This document shows positions 19,422 through 26,488 of a DNA stretch of 40,000 nt, one piece after another. This DNA is from Sutcliffiella tianshenii. GTDB taxonomy: Bacteria > Bacillota > Bacilli > Bacillales > Bacillaceae_N. Made by a program: the position numbers and the translations under genes. The notes beneath the pieces are model-generated. The model made no database searches, was not told the origin of the DNA, and saw nothing but the letters and a program-made list of their open reading frames with translations. The DNA lies in the NCBI GenBank assembly GCA_020524525.2, contig CP129018.1, positions 1,204,115 to 1,244,114 on the forward strand, read 5' to 3'. Positions within the stretch are counted from its first letter, which is position 1. Every line of letters starts with the position of its first letter.

Positions 19422-19993
19422 TGATAATTTGCTATAAAAAAAGCGATTTATCTATTGTTGGTACAGTTTCTAATAATATGTCACCACAAGAAGAAATTAC
19501 AAAAAACGTTATTCCGAATTTTGGTGGTAAGGTTGAAGATTATAGCTATATCGCAACTAATTTAATTTCATTTCATCTTGAAAGCAAAGATGGTGAAATA
19601 ATTGTTGTAGATGATTCGCAAAAAAAGCTTTTTGAACAAGCGAAGACAAATAAGCGAAATGAATTACACAACGCTTATCAAACAGAATTACACAGCGAAA
19701 TTGTTTCTAGTATTCTAGGTGACAACGGCAAGCCAGTTGTATTCGGTTATAGCGCACAAGATCAGATGAACTATAATAAATTTGCTAACCGTTTTGCCTT
19801 AGATGAAAATAAAAGCGAGATAATGTTAGGTACACGTTCTCATGGGGTTATCACTCTTTCAAAAGAAGATTTCATTATTTTTACAGATGAAAGTGAACAA
19901 CAAGAAATGAGACTTTATATGAAGTGGAAAATGTTAGATGAACAAGCGAAAAAGGCAACAACACAAGAAGAATTAGTTGCAATAGAGTGGTGA
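19421..19993 (+). CDS. Putative tail-fibre assembly/accessory protein (DUF4376-like)
   Basis: ATG 19421 follows GGAGGG and overlaps the fibre stop (TAATG). The C-terminal half resembles fibre-assembly proteins. Weak recognition. Confidence 0.5.
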   Translation: MIICYKKSDLSIVGTVSNNMSPQEEITKNVIPNFGGKVEDYSYIATNLISFHLESKDGEIIVVDDSQKKLFEQAKTNKRNELHNAYQTELHSEIVSSILGDNGKPVVFGYSAQDQMNYNKFANRFALDENKSEIMLGTRSHGVITLSKEDFIIFTDESEQQEMRLYMKWKMLDEQAKKATTQEELVAIEW

Positions 19994-19999
19994 TGAAGT

Positions 20000-20218
20000 G
20001 TGAAAAGATACATCTGGAATCTACTAATATCACTTGACCAACTTTTGAACACAATTTTAGGGGGGGTTCCAGATGAGACAATGAGTAGTCGCATGGGCAA
20101 GAAAATTATCAAAAATCCATATAGTTTCCCAAGTTGTTGGATATGTAGATTTCTTGATTTGTTCGAGAAAGACCATTGTAAGAAAAGAATAGAACGTGAC
20201 GAAGGAGAACAGATGTAG
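20000..20218 (+). CDS. Small conserved phage protein (LDQLLNTILGGVPDETMSSRMGK motif), unknown function
   Basis: GTG start. I have seen the motif in many phage genomes, with no known function. Confidence 0.45.
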   Translation: MKRYIWNLLISLDQLLNTILGGVPDETMSSRMGKKIIKNPYSFPSCWICRFLDLFEKDHCKKRIERDEGEQM

Positions 20219-20314
20219 GTTTTTAATTTTCAAAAAAAAGGATTATTGATAATGACCTCTAATATAATTAATAAAGTTAATTAAATGTTGAATTTTAATG
20301 GGGGGAATTATTTT

Positions 20315-20641
20315 ATGGAAACAAAAGAAGTTAAACTTCCGGAACAAGGAAGAATTGCGTATCATTTACTAGCGTTAATGTATAGAGAAGGTAGAATTGA
20401 TTTAAGTGTTGTTTATTCTAAATTAGAAGAGAAAATGGGGATTACCGAAGAACAAAAAAATTTGAAGTATGATAGTGGAGAAAGTATGTGGAAAGCTCGA
20501 GTTAGAGCTGCAAAGCATAATACTTTAAAGGAAACCGGTCTCGTTAGAAATGGGAAAAAAGGGGTTTGGGAAATTACTTCTAAAGGTAAAAAGAAATTTG
20601 AAGAAATGCAAAAGTTAGGTTTAATCTCATTGAATTATTAA
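20315..20641 (+). CDS. Stand-alone winged-helix protein resembling the Mrr N-terminal (Mrr_N) domain (moron)
   Basis: ATG 20315 sits about 10 nt after GGGGGG (the ORF track starts at 20285). MWKARVRAAKHNTLKETGLVRNGKKGVWEITSKG matches the W..R.R.....L...G.......G.W.IT..G pattern. Has its own terminator. Confidence 0.55.
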   Translation: METKEVKLPEQGRIAYHLLALMYREGRIDLSVVYSKLEEKMGITEEQKNLKYDSGESMWKARVRAAKHNTLKETGLVRNGKKGVWEITSKGKKKFEEMQKLGLISLNY

Positions 20642-20696
20642 AAATGTAAAAGTAATTATAAAAGGGATTTTTTCATTTGGGGGAATTGTCTAACAA

Positions 20697-20725
20697 GCAC
20701 CTGCAACCAGCAGGTGTATTTTTTA
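20697..20725 (+). terminator. Rho-independent terminator after the wHTH moron
   Basis: CACCTGC-aacca-GCAGGTG followed by TATTTTTTA. Confidence 0.75.
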
Positions 20726-20747
20726 TGGCTTAGAAGGAGGTGCAAGG

Positions 20748-21083
20748 TTGGACCATCAAAACGGAGTAACTATTGGCTTCCGTGAGATATACGACGAGAT
20801 GAGGGGAATGACGCAGACTTTGAATCGTTTGGACCAGCGGATTAGCAAATTAGAGGAAAAAACAAGTATTGCAAAGGAAGCTGATGAACGCAGCCGTGAA
20901 GCTCTTGAAATGGCAAATGAGGCATGCGCTAAAGCTGAGGAAGCAGCACAGATTGTTGCAGATACTGAAAAGGAACGAAAGCAAAATCGAAAATGGATTA
21001 TTGGATTGACAGTCACGGCAGCCTCGCCGTGGCTTTTTCAATTGCTCGCAGCATTAAATAAATTTTTGAGTGGAGGTTATTAA
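20748..21083 (+). CDS. xhlA: XhlA-family lysis-associated membrane protein
   Basis: TTG start 5 nt after GAAGGAGGTG. Coiled-coil N-terminal part (LNRLDQRISKLEEK) plus one C-terminal TM segment. Position is before holin and endolysin, as in PBSX. Confidence 0.75.
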   Translation: MDHQNGVTIGFREIYDEMRGMTQTLNRLDQRISKLEEKTSIAKEADERSREALEMANEACAKAEEAAQIVADTEKERKQNRKWIIGLTVTAASPWLFQLLAALNKFLSGGY

Positions 21084-21084
21084 T

Positions 21085-21354
21085 ATGGAAGAAACTCTAT
21101 CTTTTGCATCGATTATGCTGCCAACTGTCATAGCTTTAATGCAGTTAGCTAAAATAACATTTCCTTTGCCGAAGAACTATGTGCCGTTAATAGCAACTAT
21201 ACTAGGTCTTGCCGTGGGAGCTGCAGCTTACCCATATACAGAGCTTGAACTAGTGGTTCGATTATGGGCTGGAGGGTTTGCTGGTTTAGCTTCCACAGGG
21301 TTATTTGAAATCTTCAATCCAAGAACAGGTGTTACAAAGGAGATGAAAAAATGA
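21085..21354 (+). CDS. Holin
   Basis: ATG 21085 lies 8 nt after TGGAGG and just after the xhlA stop. About 90 aa with 2-3 hydrophobic segments and a charged C-terminus. Overlaps the endolysin start. Confidence 0.7.
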   Translation: MEETLSFASIMLPTVIALMQLAKITFPLPKNYVPLIATILGLAVGAAAYPYTELELVVRLWAGGFAGLASTGLFEIFNPRTGVTKEMKK

Positions 21355-22016
21355 CTGTATCAGTAGAAACACTGATCGACCGTAGCGTTCGTAACATGGG
21401 GGCGGTGCATCCGGTTGTTAAGCAGAAAGCAATTCAACTTATTAAACAAGCATACTCAGAAGGAATTTTGTTGCAAATTTCATCGGGGTTACGCTCATTT
21501 GAAGACCAAGCTCGTATTTACGGCCAGGGGCGCAAGTCGTTCTGGTACAACGGCAAAGATTATGGCAACCCAAGCAAGTCAGTCGTCAGCAATGCGAAGC
21601 CAGGACAGTCAGTCCACAATTATGGTCTGGCTATCGATTATTGCCTTGTAAGTAGTGATGGCCAACGAGCATTATGGACCGTAAATGACAAATGGAAACG
21701 AGTTGCTGCTATTGGCAAATCACTTGGATTTAGCTGGGGTGGTGATTGGGAGAACTTTAAAGACTATCCTCATTTGCAATTGACAGGAGGTCTAACTTGG
21801 CAAGACTTAAAAGCTGGAAAGCGCCCTGAACACTTATTGAAGGAGGTGAAAGGTGTGAGTGAAGTAAAGAATCAAAAGCCGAGTAAATGGGCTGAGGAGT
21901 CATGGAAGCAAGCAAAAGAACTTGGCCTGTTTGATGGAACTCGGCCCCAAGAGGCAATTACACGAGAGGAAGCTGCATCTGTAGTGGTGAGACTTTATCA
22001 AAAACTTAGCAATTAA
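21351..22016 (+). CDS. Endolysin, M15-family L-alanyl-D-glutamate peptidase (CwlK/VanY-like) with one SLH-like C-terminal motif
   Basis: SGLRSFEDQARIYGQGR...SVHNYGLAIDY...FSWGGDW...DYPHLQL zinc-peptidase pattern. C-terminal WAEESWKQAKELGLFDGTRPQEAITREEAASVVVRL resembles a single SLH-type repeat. Confidence 0.9.
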   Translation: MTVSVETLIDRSVRNMGAVHPVVKQKAIQLIKQAYSEGILLQISSGLRSFEDQARIYGQGRKSFWYNGKDYGNPSKSVVSNAKPGQSVHNYGLAIDYCLVSSDGQRALWTVNDKWKRVAAIGKSLGFSWGGDWENFKDYPHLQLTGGLTWQDLKAGKRPEHLLKEVKGVSEVKNQKPSKWAEESWKQAKELGLFDGTRPQEAITREEAASVVVRLYQKLSN

Positions 22017-22067
22017 AGTTCGGAAGGGCGGGCAGTAGGGTTTTTTCTATAGTAATTGCAGAGTAGA

Positions 22068-22100
22068 TGTTGCCCCCAAATGTGCCCCCATTGTGCCCCC
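22068..22100 (+). repeat. Three phased direct repeats TGT(T)GCCCCC
   Basis: Copies at 22068-22077, 22081-22089 and 22092-22100. Start-to-start spacing is 13 and 11 bp. Confidence 0.8.
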
Positions 22101-22342
22101 TATGTTTAAAAAGAAATAAAAAAGTTTAATTAGCTATTTTTCAAGAACCTTGATATAGCGGGTTTTGAGAGATTAAATAAATTGTTTTATATAGGACAAT
22201 CATATTCCGCACACAAGTTCACCCTTGGGAACGCGAGCAATATCTAACTTCATATTAAAATCTCGGATCCCTTGGCGCTGTAGTCGTCGAGGGGTTTTTA
22301 CATTTATTGGGGAATGGTAAAAATAAGCGATTTTTGGCCCGT

Positions 22343-22362
22343 ACCCACAATCCACCCACAAT
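22343..22362 (+). repeat. Tandem ACCCACAAT x2 with 11-bp period
   Basis: Copies at 22343-22351 and 22354-22362, followed by a T7 run. Confidence 0.75.
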
Positions 22363-22553
22363 TTTTTTAAAAATTATTTTTTTGAATAGCCAACAGTAAA
22401 CAGGTTTTTTACGAAAAAGAAGTGATTTGAGGTGATAGAGGTAGGAGATTTAGAGAATCGATTATATTTCTCGTTATCGGAATGATGCTAGTCTAAATAA
22501 CGGACACACCGAAATGGGATTTCAGTTATAATGAACCTAATCTAATTACGGGA

Positions 22554-22850
22554 GTGTCCAGCATGAGAAAACAATATGACAAAGAATTTAAATTGTATGC
22601 CGTTCGTATGGTGGAGGAGGATGGTAAAAAAATTGCACATGTGGCAAGAGAACTAGATATCGCCGAACAAACCCTCCACAACTGGGTGAAAAAATACCGG
22701 ACTGACCAAGAAAAAGGATTCGTTGGCAGTGGAAACCGCAAGCCAGAAGACCAAGCTGTCCATGATTTACAAAAACGCCTGCGTGACCTGGAAGAAGAGA
22801 ATGCGATCTTAAAAAAGGCTATGGGCATCTTCGCAAAAGACCGGAAGTAA
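22554..22850 (+). CDS. IS3-family transposase OrfA (HTH)
   Basis: YDKEFKLYAVRMVEEDGKKIAHVARELDIAEQTLHNWVKKY is the typical IS3 OrfA HTH, followed by a leucine-zipper-like tail. The probable start is ATG 22563. Confidence 0.9.
   Translation: MSSMRKQYDKEFKLYAVRMVEEDGKKIAHVARELDIAEQTLHNWVKKYRTDQEKGFVGSGNRKPEDQAVHDLQKRLRDLEEENAILKKAMGIFAKDRK
22811..22817 (+). promoter_or_regulatory. A AAA AAG slippery site for the IS3 OrfAB -1 frameshift
   Basis: TTAAAAAAGG lies near the 3' end of orfA. orfB is in the -1 frame (start coordinates mod 3: 0 vs 2). Confidence 0.75.
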
Positions 22851-22897
22851 TTTATGGCTTCATTGAAGAGCACCGACACGAATTTCGTGTAGCGAAG

Positions 22898-23722
22898 ATG
22901 TGCCTTGTTTTAGGTGTATCGAAAAGTGGCTTCTATGCTTGGAGGAATCGTCCAAAAAGTGAACAGAAGATCCGAAAAGAAAAGCTTACAAGTCAAATTA
23001 AGCAAGCGCACATTCAATCAGGTTGTGTATATGGCAGTCCAAAGGTTACAAGAGTGCTGCATAACCGTGGGATTTCGGTGTCGCAAAAGACGGTTTCACG
23101 CATTATGAGCGAGAATGACTTACGCTCAAAAACGGTGAAGAAATATAAAGCGACAACCAATTCAAAACACTCTTTCCCTGTTTATCCGAACCTTCTTAAT
23201 CAGCAGTTTCAAGCTGAAATGCCTGGTGAAATTTGGGTAGCTGATATTACTTATATTTGGACAAAAGAAGGCTGGCTGTATTTAGCGACTGTGATGGACT
23301 TGTTTTCTAGACGAATTATCGGCTGGCAGATGGATAAACGAATGACGAAGGAGTTAGTGATTACAGCTTTAAGGCGTGCGCTTGGGAAGCAAAAAATCCA
23401 AGAAGGACTCATTCATCATTCCGGTCGTGGAAGCCAGTATGCCTCAAATGAATACCAAGCTCTTTTAAGAGGCTTTGGCATCCGTACCAGTATGAGTAGA
23501 AAAGGCAACTGTTACGACAATGCGTGCATTGAATCCTTTCACAGCGTTCTCAAAAAAGAACTAATCTTTCATCAGAATTATCGAACACGGGAAGAAGCCA
23601 AGAAAAGCATCTTTACTTACATTGAGAGTTTTTATAATTACAAACGGATTCACTCAGCGATCAACTATCAATCTCCCATTGCGTTTGAAAAGCAGTATTA
23701 TAAGCAGCAGAAAGGTAGCTAA
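22898..23722 (+). CDS. IS3-family transposase OrfB (DDE/rve integrase core), expressed as OrfAB fusion
   Basis: WVADITYI...HHSGRGSQYAS...GNCYDNACIESFH DDE pattern. The frame is -1 relative to orfA. Confidence 0.9.
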   Translation: MCLVLGVSKSGFYAWRNRPKSEQKIRKEKLTSQIKQAHIQSGCVYGSPKVTRVLHNRGISVSQKTVSRIMSENDLRSKTVKKYKATTNSKHSFPVYPNLLNQQFQAEMPGEIWVADITYIWTKEGWLYLATVMDLFSRRIIGWQMDKRMTKELVITALRRALGKQKIQEGLIHHSGRGSQYASNEYQALLRGFGIRTSMSRKGNCYDNACIESFHSVLKKELIFHQNYRTREEAKKSIFTYIESFYNYKRIHSAINYQSPIAFEKQYYKQQKGS

Positions 23723-23999
23723 GCTATTTTTCTATGTTTACCGTGTCCGTTTTCTTGACATAGATCCAGATACTAGGAAAACACGTTTCGCAGATTCGTG
23801 AGGAGTAGATGGAGAAGGAGCAGGATGAAGGTATATAGAACAATATTTTTTGTTGAACAGTCGTATCAAAGAATAAAAATCTAGATGAATGCATATTCTT
23901 TATTATTATAAAGCAAATAATACAAGCCTTCCCAATTCCAACTCCTTAAGATATGATAGTTATGGACTACCTCATATTTAAAGGGGGAGGTGAGCTGGG

Positions 24000-24941
24000 A
24001 TGGAACAAAGCACACAGAAAATTTTAAAAAAGAAATTAAGCTTTGATGAGATGATTAAACACCTAGATCAGAAGAATGTGAAATTTGATCTAATTACTAA
24101 AGACGAAGCAAAAGACATTCTCCAAACATCAAATTACTTCTACAAAATTACTGCTTATAGAAAGAACTTTGAAAAGAATAAATATGATAAGTATGTCAAT
24201 TTAGATTTTAAACTATTGCAAGACCTTGCCACTATTGATATGAGGCTTCGTTATTTAGTATTACAAATGTGTCTAGATATAGAGCATGCAGTTAAAACAC
24301 AAATTCTTACGAATATAACTAATGAATCTTCTGAAGATGGCTATAGTATTGTGACTGATTACTTAGCGCATGACAATAGCTCTATTGATGATTATATGAA
24401 AGCTTTAAATAAAGAAAGTCATTATAATTATGGTTTATATGAAAAGCATCATGAAAATCCACCTATTTGGGTATTATTTGAAGTTATGACTTTTGGTGCT
24501 TTCGTAAAGTTTGTGGAGTATTATTATCGTCGGAAAAACAAGCCACCTGCATACAAAGAAATACAGCAAGTACTAAGGTATGTAAAAAACATACGTAACA
24601 CAGCTGCTCACAATAGTCCTATTTTGATGGATATAACTAAAAATGGGCAGATTGATCCTCAAAAGGTTATAAAACCGATTACCATTTTTACAAAAGTGAT
24701 TCCGGGGTTGTCATCTCAAGCGAGGAAAAAAAGGCTTTCTAATCGGAAGGTACATGACTTGACTGCACTTATTTATGTTCATTATACTTATATTAATAGT
24801 GATGGTATAAAAACTGCACGTTATGGAGATTTTAGGAAATTATTGGAACGCACAAAACGGCTTAAAAATGCATATGATAATCAAGATTCCTTAATTTCAG
24901 TGTATAAATACTTTAAAAAACTGATTGACTTCGTAAGTTAA
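24000..24941 (+). CDS. Abi_2 family abortive-infection protein (AbiD/AbiF-like)
   Basis: 313 aa. Typical Abi_2 layout: ...ITKDEAKDILQTSNYFYKITAYRKNF...LQDLATIDMRLRYLVLQMCLDIEHAVKTQI...IRNTAAHNSPIL. SD GGGGGAGGTG upstream. Confidence 0.8.
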   Translation: MEQSTQKILKKKLSFDEMIKHLDQKNVKFDLITKDEAKDILQTSNYFYKITAYRKNFEKNKYDKYVNLDFKLLQDLATIDMRLRYLVLQMCLDIEHAVKTQILTNITNESSEDGYSIVTDYLAHDNSSIDDYMKALNKESHYNYGLYEKHHENPPIWVLFEVMTFGAFVKFVEYYYRRKNKPPAYKEIQQVLRYVKNIRNTAAHNSPILMDITKNGQIDPQKVIKPITIFTKVIPGLSSQARKKRLSNRKVHDLTALIYVHYTYINSDGIKTARYGDFRKLLERTKRLKNAYDNQDSLISVYKYFKKLIDFVS

Positions 24942-25025
24942 TTAGTGTAGTATTTTATCTAAGGAAAAAATCGGTTCGCCCGGTTTGCAATAGCGGGGTC
25001 ATACTTCGCTTAAGTTTATCGTGCT

Positions 25026-25056
25026 AGCACCTGTCATTTTGGCAGGTGCTTTTATT
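25026..25056 (+). terminator. Rho-independent terminator downstream of the Abi_2 gene
   Basis: AGCACCTG-tcattttgg-CAGGTGCT followed by TTTTATT. Confidence 0.75.
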
Positions 25057-25115
25057 ATGATTTAAAGAGGAACGAAAAATAGCGTTGTCTTATATTATAG
25101 AAGAAACTCGTTTTT

Positions 25116-25150
25116 AGCTCATCACTTAAATAGGTGGTGGGCTTTTTTTA
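25116..25150 (+). terminator. Second terminator-like hairpin (+ strand, uses G-U pairs)
   Basis: AGCTCATCAC-ttaaatag-GTGGTGGGCT followed by T7. Confidence 0.55.
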
Positions 25151-25396
25151 TTTGCTCATTACTATCTAAACAGCATAGTATCTATTTTTGCAAAAACATC
25201 ATTATATAAAGATAAAAAAGATGGTTTAGATACAGTATATAGTGTTTTGATGTTGTTTGTAATTCTATATATAGTTTTTTATCTTTATCGAATCATGGGG
25301 TCTACTTCGAAAGGAGAGTTTCCCTGCAGAACTTTACTCGCAGTTTGTAGAGAAAGCTACGGTCTATAAGGACGGAAGGTACTTTACCATTTTTGT

Positions 25397-25720
25397 ATGG
25401 GAATAGATTGGTCTACGGCTGAAAGATATGAAAGCTATCGACATCAGCTCTTAGAGGAAAAGAAAGCGAGACGCCGATCTAAACGAAAGGAAAAGCAAGC
25501 AGAATTTATGAAAGGGCCAGAGGTAACCGCCTTAATGGAGTATTGTGAAAAACCGCGGCTGTGGGGGGAAATCTTGGAGTTTATGAACACGGTGATGAAA
25601 ATATCACCTTCCTATTTCCGAAAAAACATTGTACTACCACTAATCGAAGTGGGGAAGCTGCAGAAGAAATTGTTGCCGGAACGTCAAAGAAAGCATAAAT
25701 ATTATATGGTGAAGAAGTAA
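25397..25720 (+). CDS. Hypothetical protein with C-terminal winged-helix-like tail (possibly a gene remnant)
   Basis: No SD. The C-terminus SYFRKNIVLPLIEVGKLQKKLLPERQRKHKYYMV resembles the wHTH tails of Fic/AlbA_2-type proteins (...P.K..S..QKY..T). Its last ~45 nt recur at 30671-30713. Confidence 0.4.
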   Translation: MGIDWSTAERYESYRHQLLEEKKARRRSKRKEKQAEFMKGPEVTALMEYCEKPRLWGEILEFMNTVMKISPSYFRKNIVLPLIEVGKLQKKLLPERQRKHKYYMVKK

Positions 25721-25727
25721 TGAAGGA

Positions 25728-25773
25728 ACCCACTGAGTTGTTCGTATAGTTTACTATACAGCTGCTTGGTGGG
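25728..25773 (+). repeat. Hairpin repeat family A, copy 1 (ACCCACYGAG ... CTTGGTGGG)
   Basis: Outer stem ACCCACTGAG/CTTGGTGGG, inner stem GTATAG-ttta-CTATAC, then a T-rich run. Acts as the terminator of 25397..25720. Confidence 0.8.
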
Positions 25774-25859
25774 ATGTTTATTTTTTCATAATAAAACAAG
25801 CACTATATCTGAGGGAGGAGAGAAGTGACCTTTCCTTTGAACATATATAGTAAAAAGTT

Positions 25860-25890
25860 ATATCCATAAATAACCAAGCATATCCATAAA
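25860..25890 (+). promoter_or_regulatory. Two 11-bp direct repeats ATATCCATAAA, 20 bp apart, just upstream of the three-gene operon
   Basis: Copies at 25860-25870 and 25880-25890. The second ends 10 nt before ATG 25901. Confidence 0.5.
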
Positions 25891-25900
25891 ATAAAATCAT

Positions 25901-26476
25901 ATGGGGAGCTTGGTTATATTGCGTTATAAAACACACATCGTAAGCTCGTTAACAGCAGGTGCTGGTTTGGCAATTATGTTAAATTATCCTTTTCATATTG
26001 GATATGTAATTGGGATATGTTTTGGTAGCTTGCTGCCGGATATCGATGAACTGCGATCATTCATCGGTCGTAGATCCTTTGGCCTTTCTAAATATGTTAA
26101 ACAAAGATATGGACATCGAGGAATGACACATAGTTTATTTGCATGGATGCTTGTATCAGTTGTTTTTTTAATCTACCCATCTTTCTTAACAGTTGGCATT
26201 TCCTTAGGATACCTGTTTCACTTAATTGGAGACTTATTTTCAGGACGAAGCATTCCTATTCTAGCCCCATTTAAACCAGTCCGTCCGAATCTCCCCTTTA
26301 CATACAAAACAGGTAGTTTTTCAGAGGACATATTACTCTACATTTTTACTTTTTTATTATTCTATTTTGTGTTTGCATTCGGAAAGCTCTACCCCTATTT
26401 GATTCAATCAACAGTAGAGTTAGTTTCTTCTATTATTTATATATTAATTGATTACCTAAAGACAATATCAAAATGA
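25901..26476 (+). CDS. YdjM/DUF457-like membrane-bound metal-dependent hydrolase
   Basis: Multi-pass hydrophobic protein with GSLLPDIDE, HRGMTHS and GYLFHLIGDLFSG motifs, as remembered for PF04307. The start is uncertain (TTG 25919 has better SD spacing). Confidence 0.7.
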   Translation: MGSLVILRYKTHIVSSLTAGAGLAIMLNYPFHIGYVIGICFGSLLPDIDELRSFIGRRSFGLSKYVKQRYGHRGMTHSLFAWMLVSVVFLIYPSFLTVGISLGYLFHLIGDLFSGRSIPILAPFKPVRPNLPFTYKTGSFSEDILLYIFTFLLFYFVFAFGKLYPYLIQSTVELVSSIIYILIDYLKTISK

Positions 26477-26488
26477 GGAAGTGGTGAA

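Larger units (their letters stand above)
1..22016 (+). mobile_element. Prophage late region (packaging, head, contractile tail, baseplate/fibre, lysis); left end lies outside the window
   Basis: About 35 co-directional, tightly packed or overlapping + strand ORFs. They follow the canonical order HNH-TerS-TerL-portal-protease-capsid-connectors-sheath-tube-chaperone-tape measure-baseplate-fibre-XhlA-holin-endolysin. Confidence 0.93.
22483..23768 (+). mobile_element. IS3-family insertion sequence (orfA/orfB with -1 frameshift)
   Basis: Imperfect terminal inverted repeats starting TG and ending CA: left TGATGCTAGTCTAAATAACGGACAC, right (reverse complement) TGGATCTATGTCAAGAAAACGGACAC. No clean target duplication (GAA vs GAT). 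Confidence 0.85.

Noticed and set aside
20236-20262. Sigma-A promoter for the wHTH moron (TTGATA ... TATAAT).
   Set aside because: The hexamers are only 11 nt apart, and no acceptable -35 lies at 17 nt. No promoter was called.
1091-21957. Many minus-strand and alternative-frame ORFs inside the phage genes. Examples: 1091..1330, 2884..3171, 3152..3433, 4153..4383, 11782..12030, 12226..12471, 15304..15561, 17010..17363, 20756..21016, 21415..21651, 21757..21957.
   Set aside because: All lie entirely within longer, well-supported + strand genes. They lack SD sites and have odd, low-complexity composition. They are typical shadow ORFs.
22195-22300. A minus-strand micro-ORF (MKLDIARVPKGELVCGI) and a + strand imperfect hairpin plus T-run (about 22270-22300), considered as a possible small toxin or sRNA locus.
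   Set aside because: The ORF is 17 codons with no SD, and the hairpin has two mismatches in 9 bp. The evidence is insufficient.
22526-23108. ORF 22526..22879(-) antisense to IS3 orfA, and ORF 22914..23108(+) in an alternative frame of orfB.
   Set aside because: They are nested in the recognisable IS3 transposase frames and have no independent support.
24960-25010. tRNA-like or att-like fragment (TCGGTTCGCCCGG...).
   Set aside because: It resembles a T-arm only superficially. No acceptor or anticodon arms can be built.
25275-25396. Short open frame ...WGLLRKESFPAELYSQFVEKATVYKDGRYFTIFVWE. It resembles the extreme C-terminus of large serine recombinases (DUF4368-type, ...FVEKI.V..dg...I.F).
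   Set aside because: It covers only ~35 residues, has no start codon, and the resemblance comes from memory of a loose pattern. It may be a recombinase remnant, but it is too short to call without a search.
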